64,000 nt of DNA from Pelagibacteraceae bacterium AG-345-O09. Lineage in GTDB: Bacteria; Pseudomonadota; Alphaproteobacteria; Pelagibacterales; Pelagibacteraceae. Positions within the stretch are counted from its first letter, which is position 1. Each line of letters opens with the position of its first letter. The DNA lies in assembly GCA_003281725.1 (NCBI GenBank), contig QCBC01000005.1, positions 5,140 through 69,139 of the forward strand. The letters run 5' to 3'. Position numbers and translations under genes: made by a program. The notes under the pieces are model-generated. The model was given only the letters and a program-made list of their open reading frames with translations, had not been told where the DNA came from and made no database searches. Positions 49,357-59,988 of the stretch are shown piece by piece.

Positions 49357-52300
49357 TGAAAAATTATAAAAAAAACCTGGAATTACTCTCTAAAAATCAT
49401 GTTTATTCTCATGAGATGGAACATGATGCTTGTGGAGTAGGTCTGATTGCTTCTACAGAGGGAAAAAAATCAAGAGCAGTTGTTGAGCATGGAATCGAGG
49501 CTCTCAAAGCCGTTTGGCATCGTGGTGCAGTAGATGCAGATGGAAAAACAGGTGATGGAGCAGGGATACATTTAGAAATACCAAAAGATTTTTTTATAGA
49601 AAAAATTCAAGTTACTGGACATCACCACGATAATTCTGAAATTTGTGTTGGAATGATTTTTTTACCTAAAAATGATTATTCTTCTCAAGAAAGCTCTAAA
49701 ACTATAGTTGAAAGTGAATTAACCAAAAATGATTTTAACATTTATGGATGGAGACAAGTTCCTGTAAATCCAAAAGTTTTAGGTGAAAAAGCTTTACAAA
49801 CAATGCCAGAGATCATCCAAGTTTTATTTAAATCAAATAATCCAAATTTACTTGATAAAGAACTTGAAAGAAAAATTTATGAAACTAGAAAAAAAATAGA
49901 AAATTCAGCTAATAGACTATCTTTAAATAATTTTTATGTATGTTCTATGAGTTCTAAATCAATAATTTATAAAGGAATGTTTTTAGCTGAAGCAATTTCA
50001 GATTTCTATTTAGATTTAAAAGATGAGAGGTTTATTTCAAGATATGCTATTTTTCATCAAAGATTTTCTACAAATACTGCTCCCAGCTGGAGTTTAGCTC
50101 AACCATTTAGGGCAATAGCTCATAATGGAGAGATAAACACTTATAAAGGAAATAAAAACTGGATGAAAGTGCATGAAGAAGAGATGAGTAGTCCTTTATT
50201 TGAGAATGTAGAAAACTTAAAACCTGTAATTTTTCAAGGAGTTTCAGACTCAGCTGCGCTAGATAACGTTTTTGAATTATTAAATAAGTCAGGTCAGTCA
50301 GCTCCTTTAGCTAAATTAATGTTAGTTCCAGATGCATGGTCGAAAAAAAATAAAACTCTATCAAGAAATCATCAGCAGTTATTTAATTTTTTAAACAGTA
50401 CCATGGAGCCCTGGGATGGACCTGCAGCGATCGCAGCCACTGACAATGAATGGGTTATAGCTGCAAATGATCGAAATGGTCTGAGACCTCTTAGGTATGC
50501 GATCACCAAAGATAAACTACTTTTTGCTGGGTCAGAAACTGGGATGATAAAGCTGAATGAAAAAAAGATCTTATCCAAAGGAAGATTAGGACCGGGGGAA
50601 ATTATTGGAGTAAGAATTGAAAAAGGAAAAGTTTTTTCAAACAATCAAATTAAAGATTTTTTAGCAAAAGAATTTAAACATTTTAACTCTCAAATTATTG
50701 ATTTAGATGAAAAAATCTTTATTGCAAAAGAGAAGCATAATTTCGAAGGGGAAGACTTAAGAAGAAGACAGCATACCTTTGGAATTAGTTTAGAAGATTT
50801 AGAATTAATCTTACATCCAATGGCAGAAGATGCAAAAGAGGCAACTGGTTCAATGGGAGATGACACACCACTAGCAGTATTATCAGATAAATACAGGCCT
50901 CTTTATCATTTTTTTAGACAAAATTTTAGTCAAGTAACTAATCCCCCAATTGATTCTTTAAGAGAAAATAAAGTTATGAGTTTGAAAACAAGATTTGGAA
51001 ACTTAGGAAATATTCTAGATTTTGATACGCTGACTAAAGAGAACATTTATGTTTTAAACAGCCCAATTTTGTCAAATTCTCAATTTAATAAATTCATAAA
51101 CTATTTTGGAAAAAACTCTTTATCAATTGATTGTACATTTTCTGAGGATGAAAATTTAACACTTGCTATTAAAAGAATTCAAAAGGAAGCTGAAATTGCT
51201 GTTAGACAAGGTGTATCACAAATAATTTTAAGTGATAAAGATCTATCATCAAAAAAAATACCAATGCCAATGCTTCTGTGTGTGGGAGCAATTAATACTT
51301 TTCTTATTGATAAAAAATTAAGAGGATATGTGTCAATTAATGTTCAATCAGGTGAGGCACTAGATACGCACTCATTTGCTACCTTGATTGGAGTAGGAGC
51401 TACAACAGTCAATCCTTATCTAGCTATTGACAGCTTATATCAAAGACATGAAAAAAAGTTATTTGGGCAATACAGTTTTGATGATTGTGTACATAGATAT
51501 ATAAAATCAATAAATGCAGGTCTTTTAAAAATAATGTCTAAAATGGGTATATCTGTTCTTAGTTCTTATAGAGGAGGATGTAATTTTGAGACAGTTGGAT
51601 TGAGCAGGACTATTGTTAATGATTATTTTCCTGGCGTAGTTTCTAAAATCTCTGGGATTGGATTGATAGGAATTGAAAAAAAGATACGTCAGATACATAA
51701 AGAAGCATTTGAAAGTACAGATACAGTTTTACCTATCGGAGGTATTTATAGATATAGAAAGAATGGTGAAACTCATCAATATCAAGGTAAATTAATACAT
51801 TTATTACAAAGTGCAGTAGGTTCAAATTCTTATTCAGCGTATGAAAAATATGCTGAAGGAATATATAATTTACCTCCAATCCATTTAAGGGATTTAATTG
51901 ATTTTAGGAAAAAGAAAATTGGCCCTTCGATAGAATTATCTGAGGTAGAACCTATAGAAAAAATACTTAAAAGATTTGGAAGTGGGAGTATGTCTCATGG
52001 AGCCCTATCTAAAGAAGCGCATGAAACCTTAGCTATTGGTATGAATAGAATCAAAGGAGCTTCTTGCAGTGGAGAAGGTGGTGAGGATGCAGAGAGATTT
52101 AAGATTATGGATGGAGGAGATAGTGCGAATTCAAGAGTTAAACAAATCGCATCTGCAAGATTTGGTGTAACTGTAAACTACTTAAATAATTGTAATGAAA
52201 TAGAAATAAAAATGGCTCAAGGTGCAAAACCAGGAGAAGGAGGACAACTACCAGGTTTTAAAGTAACTGAGGAAATAGCTAAATTAAGACATTCTACACC

Positions 52301-53861
52301 AGGGGTTACTTTAATTTCACCCCCACCACATCATGATATTTATTCAATAGAGGATCTTGCCCAACTTATCTATGATCTCAAACAAATAAATCCTAAAGCA
52401 AGAGTTGGTGTTAAGTTAGTTGCTTCTTCGGGTATTGGGACTATTGCAGCTGGCGTAGCTAAAGCTAAGGCAGATATTATTTTAATTTCAGGGCATAACG
52501 GCGGAACAGGTGCAACACCCCAAACAAGTGTTAAATATGTAGGTATACCATGGGAGATGGGCCTAACAGAAGCTAATCAAGTTCTTACATTAAACAACTT
52601 AAGACATAAAATAACTTTGAGAACAGACGGTGGAATAAAAACAGGTAGAGATGTTGTTATTGCAGCTATGATGGGGGCAGAGGAATATGGAGTTGCAACA
52701 ACAGCTTTAGTTGCAATGGGATGTATCATGGTAAGACAGTGTCACTCAAATACCTGCCCAGTTGGTGTATGTACACAAGATGAAAAATTAAGAGAAAGAT
52801 TTACTGGTACACCAGACAAAATAGTAAACTTATTTACATTTATTGCTTCTGAAGTCAGAGAGATTTTAGCCAAACTGGGCTTTAAATCATTAAATGATAT
52901 TATTGGAAGAACTGATTTATTAATGCAAGTAAATAAAGGTTCACCTAATTTAGATGACCTAGATTTAAACCCGTTATTTGTCCAAGCTGATCCTGGTAGC
53001 AACGAAAGATATTGTGAGATACCTGAAATTAATAAGGTACCAGATACATTAGACCAAGAAATTTGGCCTGAAATTGAAAAATCACTTAATAACTCAGAAA
53101 AGATTGAAAAAGAATTTATTATTCAGAATACCAATAGAGCTGTAGGTACTAGAATTTCCCACCTCCTTTATAAGAAATATGGTTATGAAAAATTAAATGA
53201 AAACTTTCTCACATTAAATTTCAAAGGCTCTGCAGGACAATCTTTTGGAGCTTTTTCGTCTAAAGGATTAAAACTTAACCTAAAAGGAGATGCCAATGAT
53301 TATGTTGGTAAAGGACTATCAGGAGCAACTATTTCTATAAAACTTTCTGATGAAAGCAATTTAGTTTCAAATGAAAATACAATTATTGGAAATACAGTCC
53401 TTTATGGGGCAACATCAGGTAAACTTTTTGCTGCTGGCCAAGCAGGAGATAGATTTGCAGTAAGAAATTCTGGTGCAACAACTGTTATAGAGGGATGTGA
53501 CTCAAATGGCTGTGAATATATGACTGGGGGCACTGTAATAATTCTTGGACAAGTTGGTGACAATTTCGCAGCAGGTATGACAGGTGGTATGGCTTTTATT
53601 TATGATAAACAAAAAGATTTTGAAAAAAAAGTAAATTCTGAGTCAGTTGTCTGGCAAAACGTTGAAACTTCATATTGGAAAAATTTTTTAAAAGATTTGA
53701 TTCTTGAGCATTCAAATGAAACTGGATCTTTATTATCAAAAAGTTTAATTTCAAATTTTGAGGATGAAATAAAAAATTTTGTTCAAGTTTGTCCAAAAGA
53801 AATGTTAGATAAACTCAAAAATCCAATCACTTTAAATACTAAAGTAAAAGAAGTTAGTTAA
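49356..53861 (+). CDS. gltB: Glutamate synthase large subunit
   Basis: EHDACGVG, HQRFSTNT, QGAKPGEGGQL, GCIMVRQCHSNTCP, GXGXG domain. Confidence 0.98.
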   Translation: MKNYKKNLELLSKNHVYSHEMEHDACGVGLIASTEGKKSRAVVEHGIEALKAVWHRGAVDADGKTGDGAGIHLEIPKDFFIEKIQVTGHHHDNSEICVGMIFLPKNDYSSQESSKTIVESELTKNDFNIYGWRQVPVNPKVLGEKALQTMPEIIQVLFKSNNPNLLDKELERKIYETRKKIENSANRLSLNNFYVCSMSSKSIIYKGMFLAEAISDFYLDLKDERFISRYAIFHQRFSTNTAPSWSLAQPFRAIAHNGEINTYKGNKNWMKVHEEEMSSPLFENVENLKPVIFQGVSDSAALDNVFELLNKSGQSAPLAKLMLVPDAWSKKNKTLSRNHQQLFNFLNSTMEPWDGPAAIAATDNEWVIAANDRNGLRPLRYAITKDKLLFAGSETGMIKLNEKKILSKGRLGPGEIIGVRIEKGKVFSNNQIKDFLAKEFKHFNSQIIDLDEKIFIAKEKHNFEGEDLRRRQHTFGISLEDLELILHPMAEDAKEATGSMGDDTPLAVLSDKYRPLYHFFRQNFSQVTNPPIDSLRENKVMSLKTRFGNLGNILDFDTLTKENIYVLNSPILSNSQFNKFINYFGKNSLSIDCTFSEDENLTLAIKRIQKEAEIAVRQGVSQIILSDKDLSSKKIPMPMLLCVGAINTFLIDKKLRGYVSINVQSGEALDTHSFATLIGVGATTVNPYLAIDSLYQRHEKKLFGQYSFDDCVHRYIKSINAGLLKIMSKMGISVLSSYRGGCNFETVGLSRTIVNDYFPGVVSKISGIGLIGIEKKIRQIHKEAFESTDTVLPIGGIYRYRKNGETHQYQGKLIHLLQSAVGSNSYSAYEKYAEGIYNLPPIHLRDLIDFRKKKIGPSIELSEVEPIEKILKRFGSGSMSHGALSKEAHETLAIGMNRIKGASCSGEGGEDAERFKIMDGGDSANSRVKQIASARFGVTVNYLNNCNEIEIKMAQGAKPGEGGQLPGFKVTEEIAKLRHSTPGVTLISPPPHHDIYSIEDLAQLIYDLKQINPKARVGVKLVASSGIGTIAAGVAKAKADIILISGHNGGTGATPQTSVKYVGIPWEMGLTEANQVLTLNNLRHKITLRTDGGIKTGRDVVIAAMMGAEEYGVATTALVAMGCIMVRQCHSNTCPVGVCTQDEKLRERFTGTPDKIVNLFTFIASEVREILAKLGFKSLNDIIGRTDLLMQVNKGSPNLDDLDLNPLFVQADPGSNERYCEIPEINKVPDTLDQEIWPEIEKSLNNSEKIEKEFIIQNTNRAVGTRISHLLYKKYGYEKLNENFLTLNFKGSAGQSFGAFSSKGLKLNLKGDANDYVGKGLSGATISIKLSDESNLVSNENTIIGNTVLYGATSGKLFAAGQAGDRFAVRNSGATTVIEGCDSNGCEYMTGGTVIILGQVGDNFAAGMTGGMAFIYDKQKDFEKKVNSESVVWQNVETSYWKNFLKDLILEHSNETGSLLSKSLISNFEDEIKNFVQVCPKEMLDKLKNPITLNTKVKEVS

Positions 53862-54600
53862 TAATTAATTTTAATTCTTTTTTTAACATCACTAAGTATT
53901 TAGGTGAAGAAAGACTGTGATCACCATTTTTAATAATTACTAATTTTTTTCTGCTATTTTTAAAAATTTTTAACACTTTTTTTGAGTAAGAAACTGGAAC
54001 AACCTCATCATTTTGACCATGGACCATTGTAATATTTATTTTATAATTTATTTTTTTATTTAAAATCTTATTCTTTCTTCCATCTTTTATTAATTGAAGA
54101 GTTATTGGATAAATATAATCTCCATGTTTTAAATTATAAATCCTATTTTTTAATGTCTCAGCTTTCATTTTTTTTGAAAATTTATTCCACATTAAATTTT
54201 CCAGAAATTCTGGTGCTGAACCAATACCCAAGAAACCTTTAATCTGTTTTTTAAAAATTTTGAATTGGTTTAATGCTATCCACGCACCCATACTAGAACC
54301 AATAAAGATTATTTTATTTGTTTTAACTATTTTTTTAATTAAAATATTTGTTTCTTTTGTCCATTTAGAAATATTACCTTTTGTAAATTTACCAGATGAT
54401 TTTCCATGGCCAGAATATTCTAATGCCAAAAAGCCTAATTTATTCTTTTTAGCAAATTTTAAAAATGTTTTTGGTTTTTTGCCATCTAAATCAGACATAA
54501 ATCCATGTAAAAAAACAATATAGTCACGGTTTTTTTGATACAGTTTTAGATATCTTATCTTCTTAGCTTTACTTAATTTATAATATTTAAATTTTGTCAT
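53854..54600 (-). CDS. Alpha/beta hydrolase
   Basis: FLHGFMSD, YSGHGKS, GSSMG, HGQNDEVVP, GDHSLS. Confidence 0.9.
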   Translation of the reverse strand: MTKFKYYKLSKAKKIRYLKLYQKNRDYIVFLHGFMSDLDGKKPKTFLKFAKKNKLGFLALEYSGHGKSSGKFTKGNISKWTKETNILIKKIVKTNKIIFIGSSMGAWIALNQFKIFKKQIKGFLGIGSAPEFLENLMWNKFSKKMKAETLKNRIYNLKHGDYIYPITLQLIKDGRKNKILNKKINYKINITMVHGQNDEVVPVSYSKKVLKIFKNSRKKLVIIKNGDHSLSSPKYLVMLKKELKLIIN

Positions 54601-54642
54601 TAAAGTTTATTAGTTTTATCTATTATTATATAATCTTATCTT

Positions 54643-55797
54643 ATGTCGTCTAATATAAATGTTTTACAGGTAATACCAAAATTAGGATACGGGGGAGCAG
54701 AAACAGGCTGTTATGATATTGCACACTATCTACCAGAAAATAATTGTAAATCTTTTATTGTTACTAGTGGTGGCGAGTTAACTAAGTTTATAGATAAAGA
54801 AAAAGTAAAATTAATAAGGTTACCAGTTCAAAGTAAAAATCCTATTCTAATATTTTTAAATTCAATAATTCTAATTGGAATAATTTTATTTTTTAATATT
54901 TCAATAGTTCATGCTAGAAGTCGTGCACCAGCATGGTCATGTCTTTTAGCAACAAAATTGACTAGAAGAAAATTTGTGACCACATTTCATGGTACTTATA
55001 ATTTTAGTGGTAAATTAAAAAAACTTTACAACTCTGTCATGGTTAGATCTGATCTGATAATTGCTGGGTCAAATTTTATTTTTTCACATATTAAAGAAAA
55101 TTATTCTGAACTTTTAACACTTAAAAAAAAATTTCTTGTAATATTTAGAGGTATAAATGTAGATTATTTTGATCCATCTTCAAAATTAGAAGAGGATGAA
55201 AAAAAACTTCTTACAAAATGGGAGATTAATAAAGAAAAAAAAATTATTTTAGTACCTGGTAGACTCACTTCTTGGAAAGGACAGGAAATGCTCATTGAAG
55301 CAATTAATTTAACAAAAGTTGAATTAGGCTATGAAGCTTTTCATCTTATCATATTAGGAAGTCATCAAGGAAGAGATTTATATAAAAAAAAATTGATTCG
55401 TATTACTGAACAACATCGTTTAACCAATCAAATAAAATTTATAGATCATTGTAAAGATATGGCTTTAGCCTACCAAGTCTCAGATATTGTTATCTCGCCT
55501 TCAATAGAACCAGAGGCCTTCGGAAGAGTCGCAGTTGAGGCACAATCTATGGAAAAATTGATCATTGCGAGTAATATTGGTGGTTCAAATGAAACAATAA
55601 TAAACGAAAAAACCGGATTTTTATTTGAGGCTGGGGATGCTAGTTCCTTGAGTAAAAAAATTATTCAAGCAATAACGATGGATGAGACATCCCTTAAATT
55701 AATGGGCAAAGAAGGAAGAAAAAACGTAATAAAGAAATTTAATGTTGAAAAAATGTGTTTTTCTACTTATTCAGAGTATAAAAGATTAGTAAATTAA
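54643..55797 (+). CDS. Glycosyltransferase family 4
   Basis: GGAE, HARSRAPAW, GRLTSWKG, EAFGRVAVEA. Confidence 0.92.
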   Translation: MSSNINVLQVIPKLGYGGAETGCYDIAHYLPENNCKSFIVTSGGELTKFIDKEKVKLIRLPVQSKNPILIFLNSIILIGIILFFNISIVHARSRAPAWSCLLATKLTRRKFVTTFHGTYNFSGKLKKLYNSVMVRSDLIIAGSNFIFSHIKENYSELLTLKKKFLVIFRGINVDYFDPSSKLEEDEKKLLTKWEINKEKKIILVPGRLTSWKGQEMLIEAINLTKVELGYEAFHLIILGSHQGRDLYKKKLIRITEQHRLTNQIKFIDHCKDMALAYQVSDIVISPSIEPEAFGRVAVEAQSMEKLIIASNIGGSNETIINEKTGFLFEAGDASSLSKKIIQAITMDETSLKLMGKEGRKNVIKKFNVEKMCFSTYSEYKRLVN

Positions 55798-57708
55798 ATG
55801 CCAACAATTACACTACCAGATGGAAACAGCTTCGACTTTCCAAATAAAGTCACAGGACTAGATGTAGCTGAAAAAATCAGTAAATCATTAGCTAAAGAAG
55901 CTATGGTAATAAGTGTAGATGGTGAGTTAAAAGATTTAGATTTCCAAATTGAAAAAAATTGTTCCATTAAAATATTAACTTCAAAAAATGAGGAAGGTCT
56001 TGAAACAATAAGACACGATACTGCCCATATTTTGGCTATGGCTGTTCAAGAACTGTTTCCTGGAACTCAAGTTACTATTGGACCTGTTATAGAAAATGGT
56101 TTTTATTATGATTTTGCCAGAAAGGAACCTTTTACTGAGGATGATCTAACCAAGATTGAAGAAAAGATGAAAGAGATAGTTGATCGAGATGAAAAGACAA
56201 AAAAAGAAGTTTGGGATAGAGATAAAGCAATAAAGCATTTTAAAAATAAGGGAGAATTATATAAAGCTGAACTTATTGAGAGTATTCCTCAAAACGAGGA
56301 GGTATCAATTTACTTTCACGGTGCGTGGCATGATTTATGTAGGGGTCCACATCTATCCTCTACAGGAAAAATAGGTAAATTTTTTAAGCTTACAAAAGTT
56401 GCAGGAGCTTATTGGAGAGGGGACTCAAATAATGAAATGCTCCAAAGAATATATGGAACAAGCTGGGCTTCTCAGAAAGATTTAGACAATTATTTAAAAA
56501 GAATTGAAGAAGCAGAAAAAAGAGATCATAGAAAATTAGGTAAAGAAATGGATTTGTTCCATTTTAGAGAAGAAAGCCCAGGATCTGTTTTTTGGCATGA
56601 AAAAGGTTGGGCATTGTTTCAAAAATTAATCAATTATATGAGGATGAAACAAGAGATTGCAGGATATAAGGAAATAAATACTCCCGAGGTTTTAGATAGA
56701 ACTCTATGGGAAAAATCTGGACACTGGGAAAAATTTGGAGCAAATATGTATACTTCAACAACACCAGATGAAAAAGTGTTTGCAATCAAACCTATGAACT
56801 GCCCAGGCTGTATAGAAGTTTTTAATCAAGGACTTAAAAGTTATAAAGATTTACCACTAAAGATGTCTGAGTTTGGAAAAGTACATCGTTATGAGCCTTC
56901 AGGGGCATTACATGGGTTGTTGAGGGTAAGAGCATTCACACAAGATGATGCTCATATATTTTGTACTGAAGATCAAATTACAAAAGAGTGTTTAATAGTA
57001 ACAGATCTTATTTTAGAAATTTATAAAGACTTAGGTTTTGAAAATGTGATTTTAAAATACTCAGATAGACCAGAAAAAAGAGTTGGAGATGATAGTGTAT
57101 GGGATAAGGCTGAGAGTGCTTTGTTAGAGGCTGTAAAAGCAACTAAATTAGAATATAGTATAAACAAGGGTGAAGGTGCATTCTACGGGCCTAAAATAGA
57201 ATTTGTTTTAAGGGATGCGATAGGAAGAGATTGGCAATGTGGAACATTACAAGTTGATTTTAATCTACCTGGTAGATTAGGTGCATCATATATAGATAAA
57301 GACGGTTCAAAAAAAATACCTGTACTGTTACATAGAGCACTATTTGGTTCACTAGAAAGATTTATTGGAATTTTAATTGAAAACTATGCCGGTAAGTTTC
57401 CCTTTTGGATATCACCACTACAAACAGTTGTAATTCCTATCACAGAAGATTTTGAAGATTATGCAATTAAAGTATCTGATAAAATTAAAAAAATAGGTAT
57501 TAGTTCATCAGTTGATTTAAAAAAAAATAACTTAAATAATAAAATAAGAGATCATTCATTAGCGAAAATACCTGTTTTATTAATTTGTGGTAAAAAAGAA
57601 GTTGACAGTAATTCTGTAACCATTAGAAGATTGGACTCTAAAAAACAAGAAAATATGGAACTAAATACATTTCTAAAAAAATACTCTGCTTTAAATAAAG
57701 CATCTTAA
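55798..57708 (+). CDS. thrS: Threonyl-tRNA synthetase
   Basis: TGS domain, RHDTAH, DLCRGPH, KPMNCP, QDDAH, HRALFGSLERF. Confidence 0.98.
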   Translation: MPTITLPDGNSFDFPNKVTGLDVAEKISKSLAKEAMVISVDGELKDLDFQIEKNCSIKILTSKNEEGLETIRHDTAHILAMAVQELFPGTQVTIGPVIENGFYYDFARKEPFTEDDLTKIEEKMKEIVDRDEKTKKEVWDRDKAIKHFKNKGELYKAELIESIPQNEEVSIYFHGAWHDLCRGPHLSSTGKIGKFFKLTKVAGAYWRGDSNNEMLQRIYGTSWASQKDLDNYLKRIEEAEKRDHRKLGKEMDLFHFREESPGSVFWHEKGWALFQKLINYMRMKQEIAGYKEINTPEVLDRTLWEKSGHWEKFGANMYTSTTPDEKVFAIKPMNCPGCIEVFNQGLKSYKDLPLKMSEFGKVHRYEPSGALHGLLRVRAFTQDDAHIFCTEDQITKECLIVTDLILEIYKDLGFENVILKYSDRPEKRVGDDSVWDKAESALLEAVKATKLEYSINKGEGAFYGPKIEFVLRDAIGRDWQCGTLQVDFNLPGRLGASYIDKDGSKKIPVLLHRALFGSLERFIGILIENYAGKFPFWISPLQTVVIPITEDFEDYAIKVSDKIKKIGISSSVDLKKNNLNNKIRDHSLAKIPVLLICGKKEVDSNSVTIRRLDSKKQENMELNTFLKKYSALNKAS

Positions 57709-57713
57709 ATTAA

Positions 57714-58259
57714 GTGGCAGATTTCAAACAAAATTATTTTCAAAGAAGAACGAAGGATCGTGGTCCAAGATCTAATAATAGGATTTCTTCACCAGAGGTT
57801 CAAGTAATTACAAGTGACGGTGAAAATCTAGGAACTATTAATACTAATGAGGCAATTTCTATGGCTAAAAATCAAGGCTTAGATTTAATAGAGATAGCTG
57901 CAAATGCGAACCCTCCTGTTTGTAAGATCATGGATATGGGAAAATATAAATATGATGCACAAAAAAAAGCTAATTTAGCAAAAAAGAAACAAAAAACTGT
58001 AGCTCTTAAAGAAATTAAGATGAGACCTGTAACAGAAACTCATGATTATGAATTTAAAGTGAAAAATGCTAAAAAATTTATAGCCAAAGGAGATAAGGTA
58101 AAATTTACAATAAGATTTAAAGGTCGAGAACTTCAACATTCTCATTTGGGTAATGAGCTTATGGCTAAAATTAAAGAAGACATGAAAGATATTGGCAAGG
58201 TAGAATTAAACCCAAAGTTTGACGGAAAACAAATGATAATGGTAATTCAGCCTTTATAA
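57714..58259 (+). CDS. infC: Translation initiation factor IF-3
   Basis: LDLIEIAANANPPVCKIMDMGKYKY, KEIKMRP, GDKVKFTIRFKGRE. Confidence 0.97.
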   Translation: MADFKQNYFQRRTKDRGPRSNNRISSPEVQVITSDGENLGTINTNEAISMAKNQGLDLIEIAANANPPVCKIMDMGKYKYDAQKKANLAKKKQKTVALKEIKMRPVTETHDYEFKVKNAKKFIAKGDKVKFTIRFKGRELQHSHLGNELMAKIKEDMKDIGKVELNPKFDGKQMIMVIQPL

Positions 58260-58272
58260 GCCTTAATATGGG

Positions 58273-58301
58273 TTGTAAATATTCTTTAATCTTTGTATAA
58301 C
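58273..58301 (+). promoter_or_regulatory. Putative rpmI-rplT promoter
   Basis: TTGTAA-N17-TATAAC ending 11 nt before the rpmI ATG. Confidence 0.55.
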
Positions 58302-58312
58302 CTCGCTCAATT

Positions 58313-58519
58313 ATGCCAAAACTCAAAACAAAAAGCTCAGCAAAAAAACGTTTTAAGATATCAGCTAGAGGAAAAGTTATGATGGCCCAAGCTGGTAAGA
58401 GGCATGGTATGATTAAAAGAACAAATTCTCAAATTAGAAAATTAAGAGGCACTACGGCGATGTCAAAACAAGATGGAAAAATCGTTAAATCGTACATGCC
58501 ATATAGTTTAAGAGGTTAA
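58313..58519 (+). CDS. rpmI: 50S ribosomal protein L35
   Basis: [15 protein letters not shown]; infC-rpmI-rplT order. Confidence 0.97.
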   Translation: MPKLKTKSSAKKRFKISARGKVMMAQAGKRHGMIKRTNSQIRKLRGTTAMSKQDGKIVKSYMPYSLRG

Positions 58520-58520
58520 A

Positions 58521-58877
58521 ATGGCAAGGGTTAAAAGAGGTGTTACAAGTAAAGCTAAACATAAAAAAGTCCTAAAAGCTGTAAAGGGTCAATGGGGAAG
58601 AAGAAAAAATACAATCCGAGTTGCAAAGCAAGCTATGGAAAAAGCTATGCAATATGCTTACAGAGATCGTAGAAATAAAAAAAGGGATTTTAAATCTCTT
58701 TGGATACAAAGAATTAACGCAGGTGTGAGAGCTGAAGGTATGACTTATTCTAGGTTTATTAATGGATTAAATAAGTGTGGAATTAAAATTGATAGAAAAA
58801 TTCTAGCTGAGATAGCTTATGATAGTCCAGAAGCCTTTAAAACTATAGTTCAAAAAGCACAATCTGCTCTAAATTAA
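58521..58877 (+). CDS. rplT: 50S ribosomal protein L20
   Basis: [31 protein letters not shown]. Confidence 0.98.
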   Translation: MARVKRGVTSKAKHKKVLKAVKGQWGRRKNTIRVAKQAMEKAMQYAYRDRRNKKRDFKSLWIQRINAGVRAEGMTYSRFINGLNKCGIKIDRKILAEIAYDSPEAFKTIVQKAQSALN

Positions 58878-58920
58878 TCTTCACTATTGTTTTATTTTCC
58901 TGAAGAAATAATCTGTAAAG

Positions 58921-59988
58921 ATGTCTAATCTAAAAAAAATAAGAAATGAATTTATCTTAAAACTAAAGGGTAAATTAGATCTCACTGAAATAAATCAAAT
59001 AAAATCAGATCTATTTGGCAAAAGTGGATTGATTTCATCTCAATTTAAAAAAATTGGAACAATAGTTGAGTCTGAAAGAAAAAAATTTGCATCTGATTTA
59101 AATCTTATTAAGGATGAGCTACAAGATCTAATCAATTTAAAAACAGATGAAGTTGAAAATGCAGAAATAAATAAGAAATTGGATAAAGAAAAAATTGATA
59201 TAACTTTACCAGAAAGACCTTTCGTCAGAGGAAAAATTCACCCAGTTTCACAAACAATTGATGAAATATCGTCTATATTTTCTGAAATAGGTTTTAGTGT
59301 AGAAGAAGGTCCTGATGTTGAAAATGAATATAATAATTTTACTGCACTAAATACTCCTGACAACCATCCAGCAAGAGATATGCATGATACTTTTTATTTA
59401 GATGAAAAAAAACAAAAACTATTACGTACTCACACTTCTCCAGTTCAAATTAGAACTATGTTAAAAGACAAACCGCCATTTAAGATTATTGCCCCAGGCA
59501 GAACTTATAGATCAGACAGCGATCAAACACATGCTCCTATGTTTCATCAAGTTGAAGGTCTTCATATAGATAAAAATATAAATATGGGTCATTTAAAAGG
59601 ATGTTTAAATTATTTAATCAAAGAGTTTTTTGAAGTAGATAAAATTAAAATGAGATTTAGACCTAGTCACTTTCCTTTTACTGAGCCATCTGCTGAAGTT
59701 GATATCGGATACGAAATAAAAGATGGAAAAATAATTATTGGAGAAGGCAATCAATGGCTAGAAATTTTAGGATGTGGAATGGTTCATCCAAATGTTCTGA
59801 AGAATGTGAAAGTTGATCCTATAAAATTTCAAGGATACGCATTTGGAATTGGAATTGACAGACTTGCAATGTTAAAATATGGGATCAATGACTTAAGAGC
59901 ATTTTTTGATTGTGATTATAGATGGTTAAATCATTTTGGATTTGATCCTCTGGATGTACCAACAAACTATAGAGGCCTTAGTAGATGA
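58921..59988 (+). CDS. pheS: Phenylalanyl-tRNA synthetase alpha subunit
   Basis: [35 protein letters not shown]. Confidence 0.98.
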   Translation: MSNLKKIRNEFILKLKGKLDLTEINQIKSDLFGKSGLISSQFKKIGTIVESERKKFASDLNLIKDELQDLINLKTDEVENAEINKKLDKEKIDITLPERPFVRGKIHPVSQTIDEISSIFSEIGFSVEEGPDVENEYNNFTALNTPDNHPARDMHDTFYLDEKKQKLLRTHTSPVQIRTMLKDKPPFKIIAPGRTYRSDSDQTHAPMFHQVEGLHIDKNINMGHLKGCLNYLIKEFFEVDKIKMRFRPSHFPFTEPSAEVDIGYEIKDGKIIIGEGNQWLEILGCGMVHPNVLKNVKVDPIKFQGYAFGIGIDRLAMLKYGINDLRAFFDCDYRWLNHFGFDPLDVPTNYRGLSR

